Below, piece after piece: positions 19,633 to 29,711 of a stretch of 64,000 nucleotides of DNA. Origin of the DNA: Vulcanimicrobiota bacterium. GTDB lineage: Bacteria > Vulcanimicrobiota > Vulcanimicrobiia > Vulcanimicrobiales > Vulcanimicrobiaceae. Both the position numbers and the translations under genes were made by a program. The stretch covers positions 384,001 to 448,000 of the forward strand of contig CAWCIZ010000002.1 in assembly GCA_963795855.1 (NCBI GenBank), in the 5' to 3' direction. Each line of letters opens with the position of its first letter. Position 1 is the first letter of the stretch. The notes under the pieces are model-generated. The model was given only the letters and a program-made list of their open reading frames with translations, did no database searches and was not told the DNA's origin.

Positions 19633-20124
19633 ATGCTGACGCCCGCACTTCTCTGCGCCGCGCTTCTTCTTCTCGGGTCCACCGCCGTCGCGGCGGATCC
19701 TCAGCGCCCAATTGCAGATGCGCCTGCAGGATGGAGCGCGCACGACGGCGCCGGCGGACTGCACTATTTCACACCCCCCGGCGGATCCGACTCCGACGTT
19801 TACGAAGCGGTGTTCCCCACGCAAAAAATGAACGGCACGCTGGAACAAACCGCGGCGGGGATTTGGCGCGCCATCGTAGGCAACGAACGCATCGTCGATA
19901 CGAAGTCGAAAGCTATCAGCGTACGCGACGGCGCGCCGGCGTACGAAGTGATCGTGGCCTCGCTGGATGCGCGAAATCTCAGTGTGTATCGCGTCTTCAT
20001 CGTCAAGCAATACGGCCGCAGCGTCGCCGCCGGCGAGCTGCGATTCACCGACGTTCAGCGAATCGCAGACATCGGCGAAGCCGCGTTCGCATCGCTCGAA
20101 GGGATGTCCGTGCCGAGAAACTGA
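19633..20124 (+). CDS. Secreted hypothetical protein
   Basis: Signal peptide ending AVA-A; followed by a terminator. Confidence 0.6.
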   Translation: MLTPALLCAALLLLGSTAVAADPQRPIADAPAGWSAHDGAGGLHYFTPPGGSDSDVYEAVFPTQKMNGTLEQTAAGIWRAIVGNERIVDTKSKAISVRDGAPAYEVIVASLDARNLSVYRVFIVKQYGRSVAAGELRFTDVQRIADIGEAAFASLEGMSVPRN

Positions 20125-20152
20125 AAGGGCGCCGAATCGGCGCCCTTCGTTT
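20125..20152. terminator. Intrinsic terminator between convergent genes
   Basis: AAGGGCGCCG-AAT-CGGCGCCCTT. Confidence 0.7.
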
Positions 20153-20154
20153 GC

Positions 20155-20802
20155 TTACGGGAGTTCGATCTCCGAGAGATTCTTTTCGATCTTCCGCTTC
20201 ACGCGCTGCAGCGCGTTGTCGATCGACTTCACGTGCCGTCCCAAATCGCGCGCCATCTCCTGATAGCTCTTGCCTTCAAGGTAGGAGAGCAGCACTTGAG
20301 ATTCGAGTTCCGACAGGTTCTCTTGGATGCGCTCCTTGATATCCTGTGAAACTTCCTGGTTGATCACCAGTTCTTCCGGATCGGAAGTCTTCTGCGATGC
20401 CATCACGTCGAGCAGCGTGCGTTCGCTGTCTTCGTCGTAAATCGGTTTGTTGAGCGAAATGTACTGGTTGAGCGGAATGTGTTTCTGACGCGTCGCCGTC
20501 TTAATCGCGGTGATGATCTGCCGCGTGATACAGAGTTCCGCAAATGCGCGGAAACTCGAAAGCTTGTCGGCTTTGAAATCGCGAACCGCTTTGTAGAGAC
20601 CGATCATGCCTTCCTGGATGATGTCTTCGCGGTCGGCGCCGATCAAAAAGTAACTCTTCGCCTTGATGCGGACGAAGTTTTTGTACTTGTTGAGCAGAAA
20701 TTCCATTGCGAGATTGTCGCCCGATTTGGCGGTCGCAACTAAATCTTCGTCAGCCCGCTCGTGATAGTCGAGTCCATCCGACACAGGATGGGTCATTGCC
20801 AT
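20155..20802 (-). CDS. sigH: RNA polymerase sigma factor SigH (Bacillus sigma-H type)
   Basis: KYKNFVRIKAKSYFLIGADREDIIQEGMIGLYKA, KTATRQKHIPLN, KSIDNALQRVKRK. Confidence 0.95.
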   Translation of the reverse strand: MAMTHPVSDGLDYHERADEDLVATAKSGDNLAMEFLLNKYKNFVRIKAKSYFLIGADREDIIQEGMIGLYKAVRDFKADKLSSFRAFAELCITRQIITAIKTATRQKHIPLNQYISLNKPIYDEDSERTLLDVMASQKTSDPEELVINQEVSQDIKERIQENLSELESQVLLSYLEGKSYQEMARDLGRHVKSIDNALQRVKRKIEKNLSEIELP

Positions 20803-20880
20803 GTCTTTTTCGCCCTCTGGGACACTATGCGCGCAAATCGCAGGCTCCGCGGAACCCGTCGAACGCGACACATCCCGAAC

Positions 20881-20909
20881 AGTATAGGAGGGACCTCCTT
20901 GCGCGTCAA
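20881..20909 (-). promoter_or_regulatory. Predicted sigmaA promoter of sigH
   Basis: TTGACG-17bp-TATACT. Confidence 0.7.
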
Positions 20910-20927
20910 GGACAAGAGAGGCAAGCC

Positions 20928-21697
20928 TTACGAAGCGTTTGCCGGCGCGCGTCGCTGGCGTACAGCTTCATACAAAAGAACGCCCGCTGCAACCGAGGCG
21001 TTGAGCGATCCGACGCGCCCCAACATTGGAATCCGAACCAGGTAGTCACACTCTCGCTTGACCAGATGCGACAGCCCAGGGCCTTCCGCGCCGATGACTA
21101 CGGCTGAGATTTGTTGCGAAATCCGCCTGGGTAAAATCGACGCTTTCCGGTCCTACGTCCGCTCCGGCGACCCAGATACCGGCTTTCTTGATTTTTCGAA
21201 TCGCGTCCGCGACGTTGGACACGCGCGCGATGGGCAGATGAGCGGCCGCTCCCGCTGCCGCCTTTCGAACGGTCGCGTTGACGCCGGCGGCGCGGCGTTC
21301 CGGCAAGACGATCGCGTTCGCGCCTGCGCACTCCGCCGTGCGAATGATCGCGCCCGCGTTATGCGGATCGGTGATGTGGTCGAGCACTACGAGCAACGCC
21401 GGTTCCTCGCGCGGCGCGCCGAGCACTTCTTCCAACGTAACGTACGGAAACGGCGCGCCGAACGCGACGATGCCCTGATTTGCTTTGTACGGAAATTGCG
21501 CGAAGTAGTTCCGGTTCTCGAAGCGCACGCGAACGTTTCGCTCGCCCGCGATCTCGAGGATTTTCCGCACGACCGGATCCCGTTTGCGTTCGTCGGCGAC
21601 GTGCAGCGAGCGCAGTTCTTCACCCGCGCTCAGCGCTTCGTCGACCGCATGCAGACCGTAGATGACGTTGTCGAGATCTTAGCCGGCGACGGTCCAC
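20928..21697 (-). CDS. rlmB: 23S rRNA G2251 2'-O-methyltransferase RlmB, frameshifts near 21105 and 21678
   Basis: [33 protein letters not shown] and SLNASVAAG are in a second frame. Confidence 0.9.
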
Positions 21698-23110
21698 GTG
21701 GTGCCGTCCTTCGAATCTTTGAGCGCCACGCCGCATGCGGAAAGCGCGTCGCGCAGGCGATCCGATTCCGCCCAATTCTTCTCCTTGCGCGCCTGCGCGC
21801 GAGCCGCAATCACGCGTTCGACGGCTTCTTGCGCCGTCGCGCCGTTGAGCGGGAGCGGCGTCTGTCCGATCGAAGATTGAAGCCGCTCCAGAAAATCGGC
21901 CGGCAATTCCCGGCGCGGCGCTTGGAGCCACGCGTCGTTCGGCGTCAGACCCAGCACGTCGAGCCAATACGCGAATTCATGCGAAAGAGCCGCCGCGATA
22001 CGAAAGCAGCTCGGATAGCGCGACCGCCGTGTTCATGTCGTCGTCGAGCGCCGCTTCCATCTTCGCACGCAGATCCCCAGTAGGCGCTTGCGCGGCTCCG
22101 TCATCCGGAGCGCCGGAATGCAGCGCGCGATACGTCTTCTTCAGATTTTCCAACGCGACTGCGGCGCCGGCGATCGATTCTTCGGTGAAGTTCATCACCT
22201 TGCGATAGCCCGTCTGCAGAAACCGCAGCCGGATCGCTTGCGGGTCGTGGCGATCGAGCAATTCGTAGAGCGGCTCGAAGTTGCCGAGCGATTTGCTCAT
22301 CTTTTGGTTGTCGAACAGCAGCAACCCGCCGTGCATCCAAAAGTTCGCCATCGGCGGATGCCCCATCAGCGGCTCGCTTTGCGCGATTTCGTTTTCGTGA
22401 TGCGGAAAGATCAAATCCGCGCCGCCGCCGTGAATGTCGAATCCGGCGCCCTGCGGATCCAGCAGCTCGTGCGACATCGCCGAGCACTCGATGTGCCATC
22501 CCGGCCGCCCCTCGCCCCACGGCGACGGCCAAGTCGGCTCGCCCGGCTTTGCCAATTTCCACAGCGCGAAATCGAGCGGATCTTCCTTCGCCTCGTCGAT
22601 TTCGATACGTGCGCCGGACTCCAGTTCCTCGATATTCCGGTTGGACAGCGCGCCATAGCGCGGGAACTGCGAGACGCGATAATACACGCCGTCTTTCGTT
22701 ACGTACGCGTAGCCCTTTTCCATCAGCTCGCGTATCATTTCGACGATCTGCGGGACGAACTTCGTGGCGTACGGTTCGACGTCCGGCTCCCGAACGCCCA
22801 AGCGCTGCATCGAACGTTTGAACGAGGCGTAATACGCGCTCACGATCTCGTACCAGTCTTCACCGGTCTCTTTCGCGCGGTTGATGCTGCGATCGTCGAT
22901 GTCGGTAACGTTCTGCACGAAGGTCACGGCGTATCCCGCGTGCCGCAGATAGCGGCGTAACACGTCGAAAAAAAGAAACGATCGCGCGTGACCCAGATGC
23001 GCCTCCGCCGACGGCGTCAAGCCGCAGACGTACATCCGAACGGTTCCCGCCTGCAGCGGAGCGAACGCCTCGACGCTGCGCGTGCGCGTATTGTAGATCG
23101 TCAAAGCCAT
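21679..23110 (-). CDS. cysS: Cysteinyl-tRNA synthetase, frameshift near 21990
   Basis: [27 protein letters not shown]-terminal [15 protein letters not shown] is in a second frame. Confidence 0.95.
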
Positions 23111-23117
23111 CGGAAGT

Positions 23118-23795
23118 CTAAATCACCCACGACCAGGCCGTGTCGCCCGTTTCCTCTTGCTCGATCTCGCGCAGCAGATCTTCCAATTGCGCCACGCGCC
23201 GCTGCAGTTTCGCGATTGCGTCGGCCGTCGGATCCGGCATGTCGACTTGGGGGCGATCCGGCACGGCACGAACCGGCACGCCGTTCTGCATAACGATGCG
23301 CGCCGGAACGCCGACGACCGTCGAGTTCGGCGGCACGTCTTTGACGACGACCGATCCGCCTCCGACCTTCGAATTCGCGCCGATGGTTATGGCACCGAGC
23401 ACCGCGGAATTGACTCCGACTGTGACGTTGTTTTCCAGCGTCGGATGGCGTTTGCCGTGTGAAAGGCTCGTACCGCCGAGCGTCACGCCTTGATAGATCG
23501 TGCAGTCGTCGCCGACTATCGCGGTTTCACCGATGACGACGCCCATTCCGTGATCGATGAAGACGCCTTTGCCGATGATGGCGGCGGGATGAATTTCGAT
23601 CCCCGTCAGAAAGCGATTCACGTTTGAAAGCCACCGTGGAAGCAGCGGGATGCGCGCACGATGGAGCGCATGAACGAACCGGTGCAGAAGAATCGCATGA
23701 AATCCGGGATAGGAAAGGACGACGTCCAGCCGGCCGCGCGCGGCAGGATCGCGTTCCAGCGGAGCGTCGAGGTCGGCGAGCAAGGTGCTAAACAT
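23118..23795 (-). CDS. cysE: Serine O-acetyltransferase
   Basis: RDPAA, TGIEIHPAA, FIDHGMGVVIGET, KRHPTL. Confidence 0.96.
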   Translation of the reverse strand: MFSTLLADLDAPLERDPAARGRLDVVLSYPGFHAILLHRFVHALHRARIPLLPRWLSNVNRFLTGIEIHPAAIIGKGVFIDHGMGVVIGETAIVGDDCTIYQGVTLGGTSLSHGKRHPTLENNVTVGVNSAVLGAITIGANSKVGGGSVVVKDVPPNSTVVGVPARIVMQNGVPVRAVPDRPQVDMPDPTADAIAKLQRRVAQLEDLLREIEQEETGDTAWSWVI

Positions 23796-23821
23796 TCTTC
23801 ATCCGCAACAGTGTATACGTT

Positions 23822-24370
23822 CTAGGCATCGGGATGTTTGCCGCGTATGGGTTCGAACGGCTTCCCGCCCGGCCCAAACCGGATCGGTTCCAATCCCCGG
23901 CCGTGGAGCAGTTGCGAGTTCACTGCGCCGATGCGTATGAGGATGCGGTCGTGTCCCAACAGCGCAAACAGCAGTTCCAGCGGCGGCCCGTCCGCCTTTC
24001 CGGTCAGCGCCATGCGGACGGCGTAGCGCGCGTCGTCCTCGCTAATCCCGAATTCGGCTGCCATTTCCGCCAGATCGTGCTCCAAGGGTAACCCGCGCAA
24101 CTCCGTTTGACTATCCACGTACTGCCCTACCGTGTCTAGGAAAAACAGTACCTCTCGCGTTCGCAGGCGTTCCAGTTCGAGCGCCGGTACGATGCACGAT
24201 TCGGCGCGCAAATCCGCAACGATCGGTCGAGCGTCGTCGATCTGCCCGAGGCTGCCGCCGAATGCCTCCAGGAACGTGTCGACCCAGCGCAGGGCGGCCG
24301 GGGGGGCGGGTTCTTCCAAAAATCCCCACCGCTGCATCGCTGCGGCCAAGTCGGTCGCCGTCGTCGTCAC
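23822..24370 (-). CDS. Stand-alone protein resembling the GluRS C-terminal anticodon-binding domain
   Basis: AVRMALTGKADGPPLELLFALLGHDRILIRI resembles the GluRS C-terminal R.ALTG...GP.L......LG motif; occupies the ispF-gltX-cysE slot; no HIGH/KMSKS motifs. Confidence 0.7.
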   Translation of the reverse strand: MTTTATDLAAAMQRWGFLEEPAPPAALRWVDTFLEAFGGSLGQIDDARPIVADLRAESCIVPALELERLRTREVLFFLDTVGQYVDSQTELRGLPLEHDLAEMAAEFGISEDDARYAVRMALTGKADGPPLELLFALLGHDRILIRIGAVNSQLLHGRGLEPIRFGPGGKPFEPIRGKHPDA

Positions 24371-24374
24371 GCCG

Positions 24375-24848
24375 TCACATCGCTTCCAGAAGCGCGACGG
24401 CGTACGCCGCGATGCCGCTCCCGTCTCCGGTGTACCCCATCCCTTCGCTCGTTTTCGCTTTCACGCTCACTTGGGGGAGCGAGAGCCCGAGGCGTCCGGC
24501 GATGTTCTCGCGCATGCGCATCACGTGCGGCGCGAGCTTGGGCTGCTGCACGACGATAGTCGCGTCGATGTTTTGGATTCGGTATCCCTCGCGGCGCACT
24601 TCCGATGCGCAGTGCTGCAGCAGCTCCATCGAATCGGCATTTTTCCAGCGCTCGTCGGTGTCCGGGAAGTGTCCGCCGAGATCGCCTAGCGCCGCCGCTC
24701 CCAAAAGCGCGTCGCTGACGGCATGGGCGAGCACGTCCGCGTCGGAGTGTCCGAGTGCCCCGCGATCGTGCGGCACGTCGACGCCTCCGAGAATCAGTTT
24801 GCGCCCCTCGACCAAACGGTGGGCATCGAAGCCCTGTCCTATCTTCAT
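24375..24848 (-). CDS. ispF: MECDP synthase
   Basis: [35 protein letters not shown]. Confidence 0.96.
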   Translation of the reverse strand: MKIGQGFDAHRLVEGRKLILGGVDVPHDRGALGHSDADVLAHAVSDALLGAAALGDLGGHFPDTDERWKNADSMELLQHCASEVRREGYRIQNIDATIVVQQPKLAPHVMRMRENIAGRLGLSLPQVSVKAKTSEGMGYTGDGSGIAAYAVALLEAM

Positions 24849-25548
24849 CCCTCCTCCTGAACCAGAACGGCGGCGCGAAGCTGCAGCGCTTGCTGTGCGC
24901 GAGCCAGGTCTTCGGGGAGCGTCACTTTGAAATTCTCCGGCGATCCGGGCACCACGTGCACGCGCACTCCGGCGCGTTCGAGGAGCATCGCGTCGTCGGT
25001 TGCCTCGAGTCCATCGCGCAAGCCCGCTTCGTGCGCCCGCATCATGTCGGAATACATTGCAAATTGCGGCGTTTGCGCCGCCCATAAAACGCTGCGCTCG
25101 AGCGTTTGTTCGACGGTCCGCTCGGCGTTCACGACTTTTATCGTGTCGACGATGGGGATCGCGAGCAGCGATGCATGCCCGGCGCGCACGGGCTCGATGC
25201 CGCGCCGCACCTCGTCCGCGGTCACGAGCGGGCGCGCACCGTCGTGAACGAAGACGCCCTCGCACGCACCGCCGCCGGCGCGCAGCGCTTCGTACGTGCT
25301 CGCCTGCCGTGTCGCACCTCCGCCCACCACCGCATACGGCGTCGTCTGCGCCGCATCCGCTGCAGTTTCGCGCACGCGATCGACCCACTCGAGTCCGTCG
25401 CAACGATTACGCGCTCGACGTCCGCCACGCTCGCAAACGTGCGAATCGACCACCAGAGCATCGGTTTGCCGGCGATCTCCACGAGCTGCTTCGGCCGGCC
25501 GAAACGCGTTCCGCGTCCCGCCGCGACGACAATCGCACAGAATCTCAC
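24845..25548 (-). CDS. ispD: MEP cytidylyltransferase, frameshift near 25394
   Basis: [12 protein letters not shown] in one frame; GGATRQ.S, VHDGARP, AQTPQ, NFKVT in the other. Confidence 0.93.
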
Positions 25549-26639
25549 GCCCTTTTCACCTTGGCGAAAATCATTCGTCCCGCCGCGGTCTGCAGCACGC
25601 TCGTCACGACCACGTCGGCGGCTTCGCCGATCAGCCGCCGCCCTTGCTCCACGACGATCATCGTGCCGTCATCGAGATAACCGACGCCTTGGTGGGGCTC
25701 CTTGCCGTCACGGACGATCTGCACGTGCATCTCCTCGCCCGGCAGCACCACCGGTTTGACGGCGTTCGCGAGTTCGTTGATGTTGAGCACTTGCACGCCT
25801 TCGACGTGCGCGACCCGGTTCAAGTTGTAATCGGTCGTCAGCAGTTTGGCGCCCAAGTCCTGCGCCAAACGCACGAGCTTCGCATCCGCCGCGCGCACGT
25901 CGGAATAGTCGCGCTCGCTGACCTCGAGCAGTTCCAATTCCTGCAGGCGCTTGAGCACTTCCAATCCGCGCCGTCCGCGCGAGCGGCGCATGACGTCCGA
26001 CGAATCGGCGATCGTTTGCAGTTCGCGCAAAATGAACCGCGGCAAGATCAGCGGCCCCTCGAGAAAACCGCTCTCCAGAATTTCGACGATGCGCCCGTCC
26101 ACGATGACCGACGTGTCGATCACTTTCGCGGGTGCGGAAAAGCCCGAGACCGCCCCTGCGAGCGGCATGATGTGCATGCGCGCGCCGACCCTCGCGCCCA
26201 GGTACGCGGCAAAAATGCTGATGATGATGTACAGCAGGATTGCGATGTAGCTGCCCGACTGGCCGCTCGTCGAGATGAATTCGAACACGATGCTGCGGAT
26301 CAGAAACGCGATCAGCAAACCGACGATGAGACCGATCGCCCCGCCGGCGAGTTCGACCGGCGCAAGCCGCTCGATCGCATGTTCGACCGCGTTGAGTTCA
26401 TCTTCGAAAAAGGATTGAGCGAGTGGTGCGAGCAGCACGCCGATCAGCGCTCCGACCACCGGCGAGAGAATGTTGAACGTCAGTTGCAGCGGCTCGCTCG
26501 CGAAATGAAGTGAGAACAAATGCACGTACGCCTCGCGGCCGAGCAGGAACCCCGTCACGCCGAAGACCACCGCGAAAATGAAACGCAGCAGCGCCGCTGC
26601 GAGGCCCGGGCCTACGCGAACGTCACGAAAGCCGCGCAT
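25545..26639 (-). CDS. PIN/TRAM domain membrane protein (YacL-like); start uncertain
   Basis: DTSVIVDGRI, RGRRGL, TDYNLN, QGVGYLDDGTMIVVE, LQTAAGRMIFA. Confidence 0.93.
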   Translation of the reverse strand: MRGFRDVRVGPGLAAALLRFIFAVVFGVTGFLLGREAYVHLFSLHFASEPLQLTFNILSPVVGALIGVLLAPLAQSFFEDELNAVEHAIERLAPVELAGGAIGLIVGLLIAFLIRSIVFEFISTSGQSGSYIAILLYIIISIFAAYLGARVGARMHIMPLAGAVSGFSAPAKVIDTSVIVDGRIVEILESGFLEGPLILPRFILRELQTIADSSDVMRRSRGRRGLEVLKRLQELELLEVSERDYSDVRAADAKLVRLAQDLGAKLLTTDYNLNRVAHVEGVQVLNINELANAVKPVVLPGEEMHVQIVRDGKEPHQGVGYLDDGTMIVVEQGRRLIGEAADVVVTSVLQTAAGRMIFAKVKRA

Positions 26640-27742
26640 ACGTCGTTGGCCAGAAAACGCCCGCGCCGCGTCAAGCGCACGTGCGTCGCGTCCGCTTCGA
26701 GCAGCCCGAGCGATTGGTACTGCGCCACGACCGGCGCGTAAAATTGCAGAAAATCCAAATCATAGCGCTCTTTGAACGCGTCCAGACAGACCCCTTGCGC
26801 GGTGCGCAGCGCGAGCATCACCGCCTCGCCGGCGCGTCTGGCGCCCGTCAATTCCTCGGCTTCGCCCGGTATCGCCCGTCCCTGCATCGCGGCATCCACG
26901 TACGTTTCGAGGTCGCGCGTGTGCACGGCGCGCACGCCTCCCCGGTACGACGCAGCTCCGACGCCAAGTCCGACATACTCGCCGTTCGCCCAGTAATTCC
27001 CATTATGCGCGCTTTCATGACGCGGCTTTGCGAAGTTGCTGATTTCGTACTGCCTCAAGCCGGCCGCTTCGAGCTCGTCTATCGCAATGGCATAGAGATC
27101 CGCCTCCCGCGCGTCGTCAAAAAATGCGGACGGTTCTTTCTCCTGCCACCGTTCGTACGGCGTACCGGCTTCAATCGTCAAGCCGTAGGCGGATACGTGA
27201 TCGACTTCGAGCGCGACTGCGGCGCGCAGCGATTGACGCCAACTCTCCGGCGTCTGGCCCGGCACGGCGAAGATCAAGTCGATCCCGACGCTGCGTATTC
27301 GTGCGGAGCGCGCGGCTTGCACGGCACGCTCGATCTGCTCGGTGGTGTGGCGGCGTCCGAGCACTTGAATTTCCGCAGGCACGAATGACTGTACGCCGAT
27401 CGAGATGCGGTTTACGCCCGCGCCGAGATAAGCCTCGGCATCATCCGCGGTGACGAGTTCCGGATTCACCTCGATCGTCGTCTCGCGATCCGCGGGCCCG
27501 GGAAACGCAACGCGCAAACGGTTCAGCAAATCCGCGATATCGGCCGGCGCATACGTGTTCGGCGTTCCACCGCCCAGAAACACGCTCTCGAACGTGCCGC
27601 GCGGCGCAGCCTGCGATTCTATTTCCGCGAAGAGCGCGCAGAGATACCGCGCAGCCGCGCTGCGTTTGTGCGGCCACTTCGCGAAGTCGCAATACGGGCA
27701 GATGTACGGGCAGAACGGGAGATGAACGTAAACGCCGGCCAT
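26612..27742 (-). CDS. hemW: Radical SAM heme chaperone HemW
   Basis: YVHLPFCPYICPYCDF, GGGTP, YEISNF, HNGNYW. Confidence 0.92.
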   Translation of the reverse strand: MAGVYVHLPFCPYICPYCDFAKWPHKRSAAARYLCALFAEIESQAAPRGTFESVFLGGGTPNTYAPADIADLLNRLRVAFPGPADRETTIEVNPELVTADDAEAYLGAGVNRISIGVQSFVPAEIQVLGRRHTTEQIERAVQAARSARIRSVGIDLIFAVPGQTPESWRQSLRAAVALEVDHVSAYGLTIEAGTPYERWQEKEPSAFFDDAREADLYAIAIDELEAAGLRQYEISNFAKPRHESAHNGNYWANGEYVGLGVGAASYRGGVRAVHTRDLETYVDAAMQGRAIPGEAEELTGARRAGEAVMLALRTAQGVCLDAFKERYDLDFLQFYAPVVAQYQSLGLLEADATHVRLTRRGRFLANDVCAAFVTFA

Positions 27743-27833
27743 AAACGGATAAGCGTCAGCGGCTTTTCGCGAAGACCGGCGCGTGTGCGGCTATCGCGTA
27801 GTGCTGACGCCATCCGGAAAGGCACCGGCACCG

Positions 27834-28697
27834 TCATGCGCCGTCCGAATCTTGCGCCGAAAAAATTCCCACGGCGCCCGGGCCGCCGTGCGTTGCGATA
27901 ACCGGCCCGGCTTCGAGAACGTCGAGCATTTGCGGCTCCGCGTCTCCTAGATGCACGCGCACGCGCTCGAGAATGTTCTTCGCCAGCTCCGGAGCATTCG
28001 TGTGCATGACCAGAAAGCGCGCCTTGGAAACGTCGGAGATCGGCTGGAGCGAAAGATCGATCATCGTTTGCTGCGCGCGGCCCATCGTGCGCACCTGCGC
28101 CTCCGCTACGACTTCGCCGCCTTCGAGCGCGATGACCGGAACGATTTTCATCAGCGTACCGATGACCGCGCGCGCTTTTCCGATGCGGCCCGTGCGCACG
28201 ACGTGGGAGAGATCGGGGATGCATGCGTAGAGATGCTGCGTGCGCTTCTCACGCTCGACGGCCTGCAGAATCGTCTCGACGCTCGCCCCGGCTTGCGCGA
28301 GCGCGCACGCGTGCAGCACGTGCATGCCCAAACCTCCCGCGACGCTTTCCGAATCGACGACCGCGATTCTGGCATCGGGGAATTGCTGCGCCGCGGCGCG
28401 CGCCGCATTGATCGTGCCGGAAAGTTTGGCGCTGATCACGATGCAGACGACGTCGCTTCCGGCTTGAACGTGCGGGCGAAATGCATCCTCGAACATCTGC
28501 GCGCTGGGCTGCGAGGTCGTCGGAAGCACCGGTTCGCTTGCGAGCTTTTCGTAGAATTCGCGGCGGGAGAGGTCGACGTAATCCCGGTAACTGCGATCGC
28601 CGAAGACGACGAATAGAGGAACGACCTCGATACCGAGTTCGCGCGCGCGCGCAGGCTCGATGTCCGACGTGCTGTCCGTCACGATGGCGACGGCCAA
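27834..28697 (-). CDS. DegV family fatty acid-binding protein (FakB-like)
   Basis: IVTDSTSD, TTSQPS, ISAKLSGT, GPVIATHGGPG. Confidence 0.93.
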   Translation of the reverse strand: MAVAIVTDSTSDIEPARARELGIEVVPLFVVFGDRSYRDYVDLSRREFYEKLASEPVLPTTSQPSAQMFEDAFRPHVQAGSDVVCIVISAKLSGTINAARAAAQQFPDARIAVVDSESVAGGLGMHVLHACALAQAGASVETILQAVEREKRTQHLYACIPDLSHVVRTGRIGKARAVIGTLMKIVPVIALEGGEVVAEAQVRTMGRAQQTMIDLSLQPISDVSKARFLVMHTNAPELAKNILERVRVHLGDAEPQMLDVLEAGPVIATHGGPGAVGIFSAQDSDGA

Positions 28698-28700
28698 ATG

Positions 28701-29711
28701 CTACGCTTCCTTGGCTAGGTGCGGTTTGACCAGTTCGGTGATTTTGCCGATGACGTCGTTTTGCGCTTCGATCGCGGCCGCGTGGACGGCGTGCTTGATC
28801 GCGTTTCGCGTGGCGCGGCCGTGCGTGACGATGCAGTTTCCGCGCAGGCCGAGCAGCGGCGCGCCGCCGTACGTTTCGTAGTTGAACCTCGCCCGCATCT
28901 TGCGCAGTGCGGGGTAGACGAGCGCCGCGCCGAACCGCGCGACGATGCCGCCGCCGAGCAGCGCGTCCTTGAGCACTTTTTGAAAATCGGAAACGAAGCC
29001 CTCGCCCATCTTCAGCACGACGTTGCCGACGAAACCGTCGACGACCACGACGTCGGCCGGATTGTGAAAGAGATCTTTGCCTTCGACGTTGCCGATGAAA
29101 TGAATCGGCGCCGCGCGCAGCAGCTTCGCCGCCTCGAGCACCTGCGCGTTGCCTTTGGTTTCTTCTTCGCCCACCGAGAGAATCGCGACGCGCGGATTCG
29201 GCAAGTTTAACACCGCTTTCGCATACGCCGTCCCCATCAAACCGAATTGCTCGAGCCACTCGGGCCGGCAATCGACGTTCGCACCGGAGTCCAGCAGCAC
29301 CATCGGTCCGTTCATGACCGGCCACACCGTCGCAATCGCCGGTCGCGCGATACCCGGAATCGTCCGCAGTTTGATCAGCGCAATAGCCAGAAACGCGCCG
29401 CTGTTGCCCGCTGAGACGACCGCGTCCGCTTGCGCGTCCTTCACCATGTTCACGGCAACGCCGAGTGAAGTTTTGTCCGCGACGCGCAGCGCTTGGGATG
29501 CGTGCATGTCCATCGGAACGTTTTCCGGTGCGTGGACGAGCGTGATCTTCTCTGCGCCCGCGCCTTGCAGCAACGGACGCACTTTCGCCTCGTCGCCCAC
29601 GAGTATGAGGTCGCCGTAGTCTTCTCGAGCGGCGAGGATCGCTCCGGCGACGATTTCTTCGGGCGCGTGATCGCCGCCCATGGCGTCGATGACGATGCGC
29701 GGCTTATTCAT
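28701..29711 (-). CDS. plsX: Phosphate acyltransferase PlsX
   Basis: IDAMGGDHAP, SAGNSGA, RPAIA, DGFVGNVVLK, GGAPLLG. Confidence 0.96.
   Translation of the reverse strand: MNKPRIVIDAMGGDHAPEEIVAGAILAAREDYGDLILVGDEAKVRPLLQGAGAEKITLVHAPENVPMDMHASQALRVADKTSLGVAVNMVKDAQADAVVSAGNSGAFLAIALIKLRTIPGIARPAIATVWPVMNGPMVLLDSGANVDCRPEWLEQFGLMGTAYAKAVLNLPNPRVAILSVGEEETKGNAQVLEAAKLLRAAPIHFIGNVEGKDLFHNPADVVVVDGFVGNVVLKMGEGFVSDFQKVLKDALLGGGIVARFGAALVYPALRKMRARFNYETYGGAPLLGLRGNCIVTHGRATRNAIKHAVHAAAIEAQNDVIGKITELVKPHLAKEA

Noticed and set aside
21977..21979. In-frame TGA in cysS as selenocysteine or readthrough
   Set aside because: The conserved C-terminus continues in a different frame, so this is an indel rather than readthrough.
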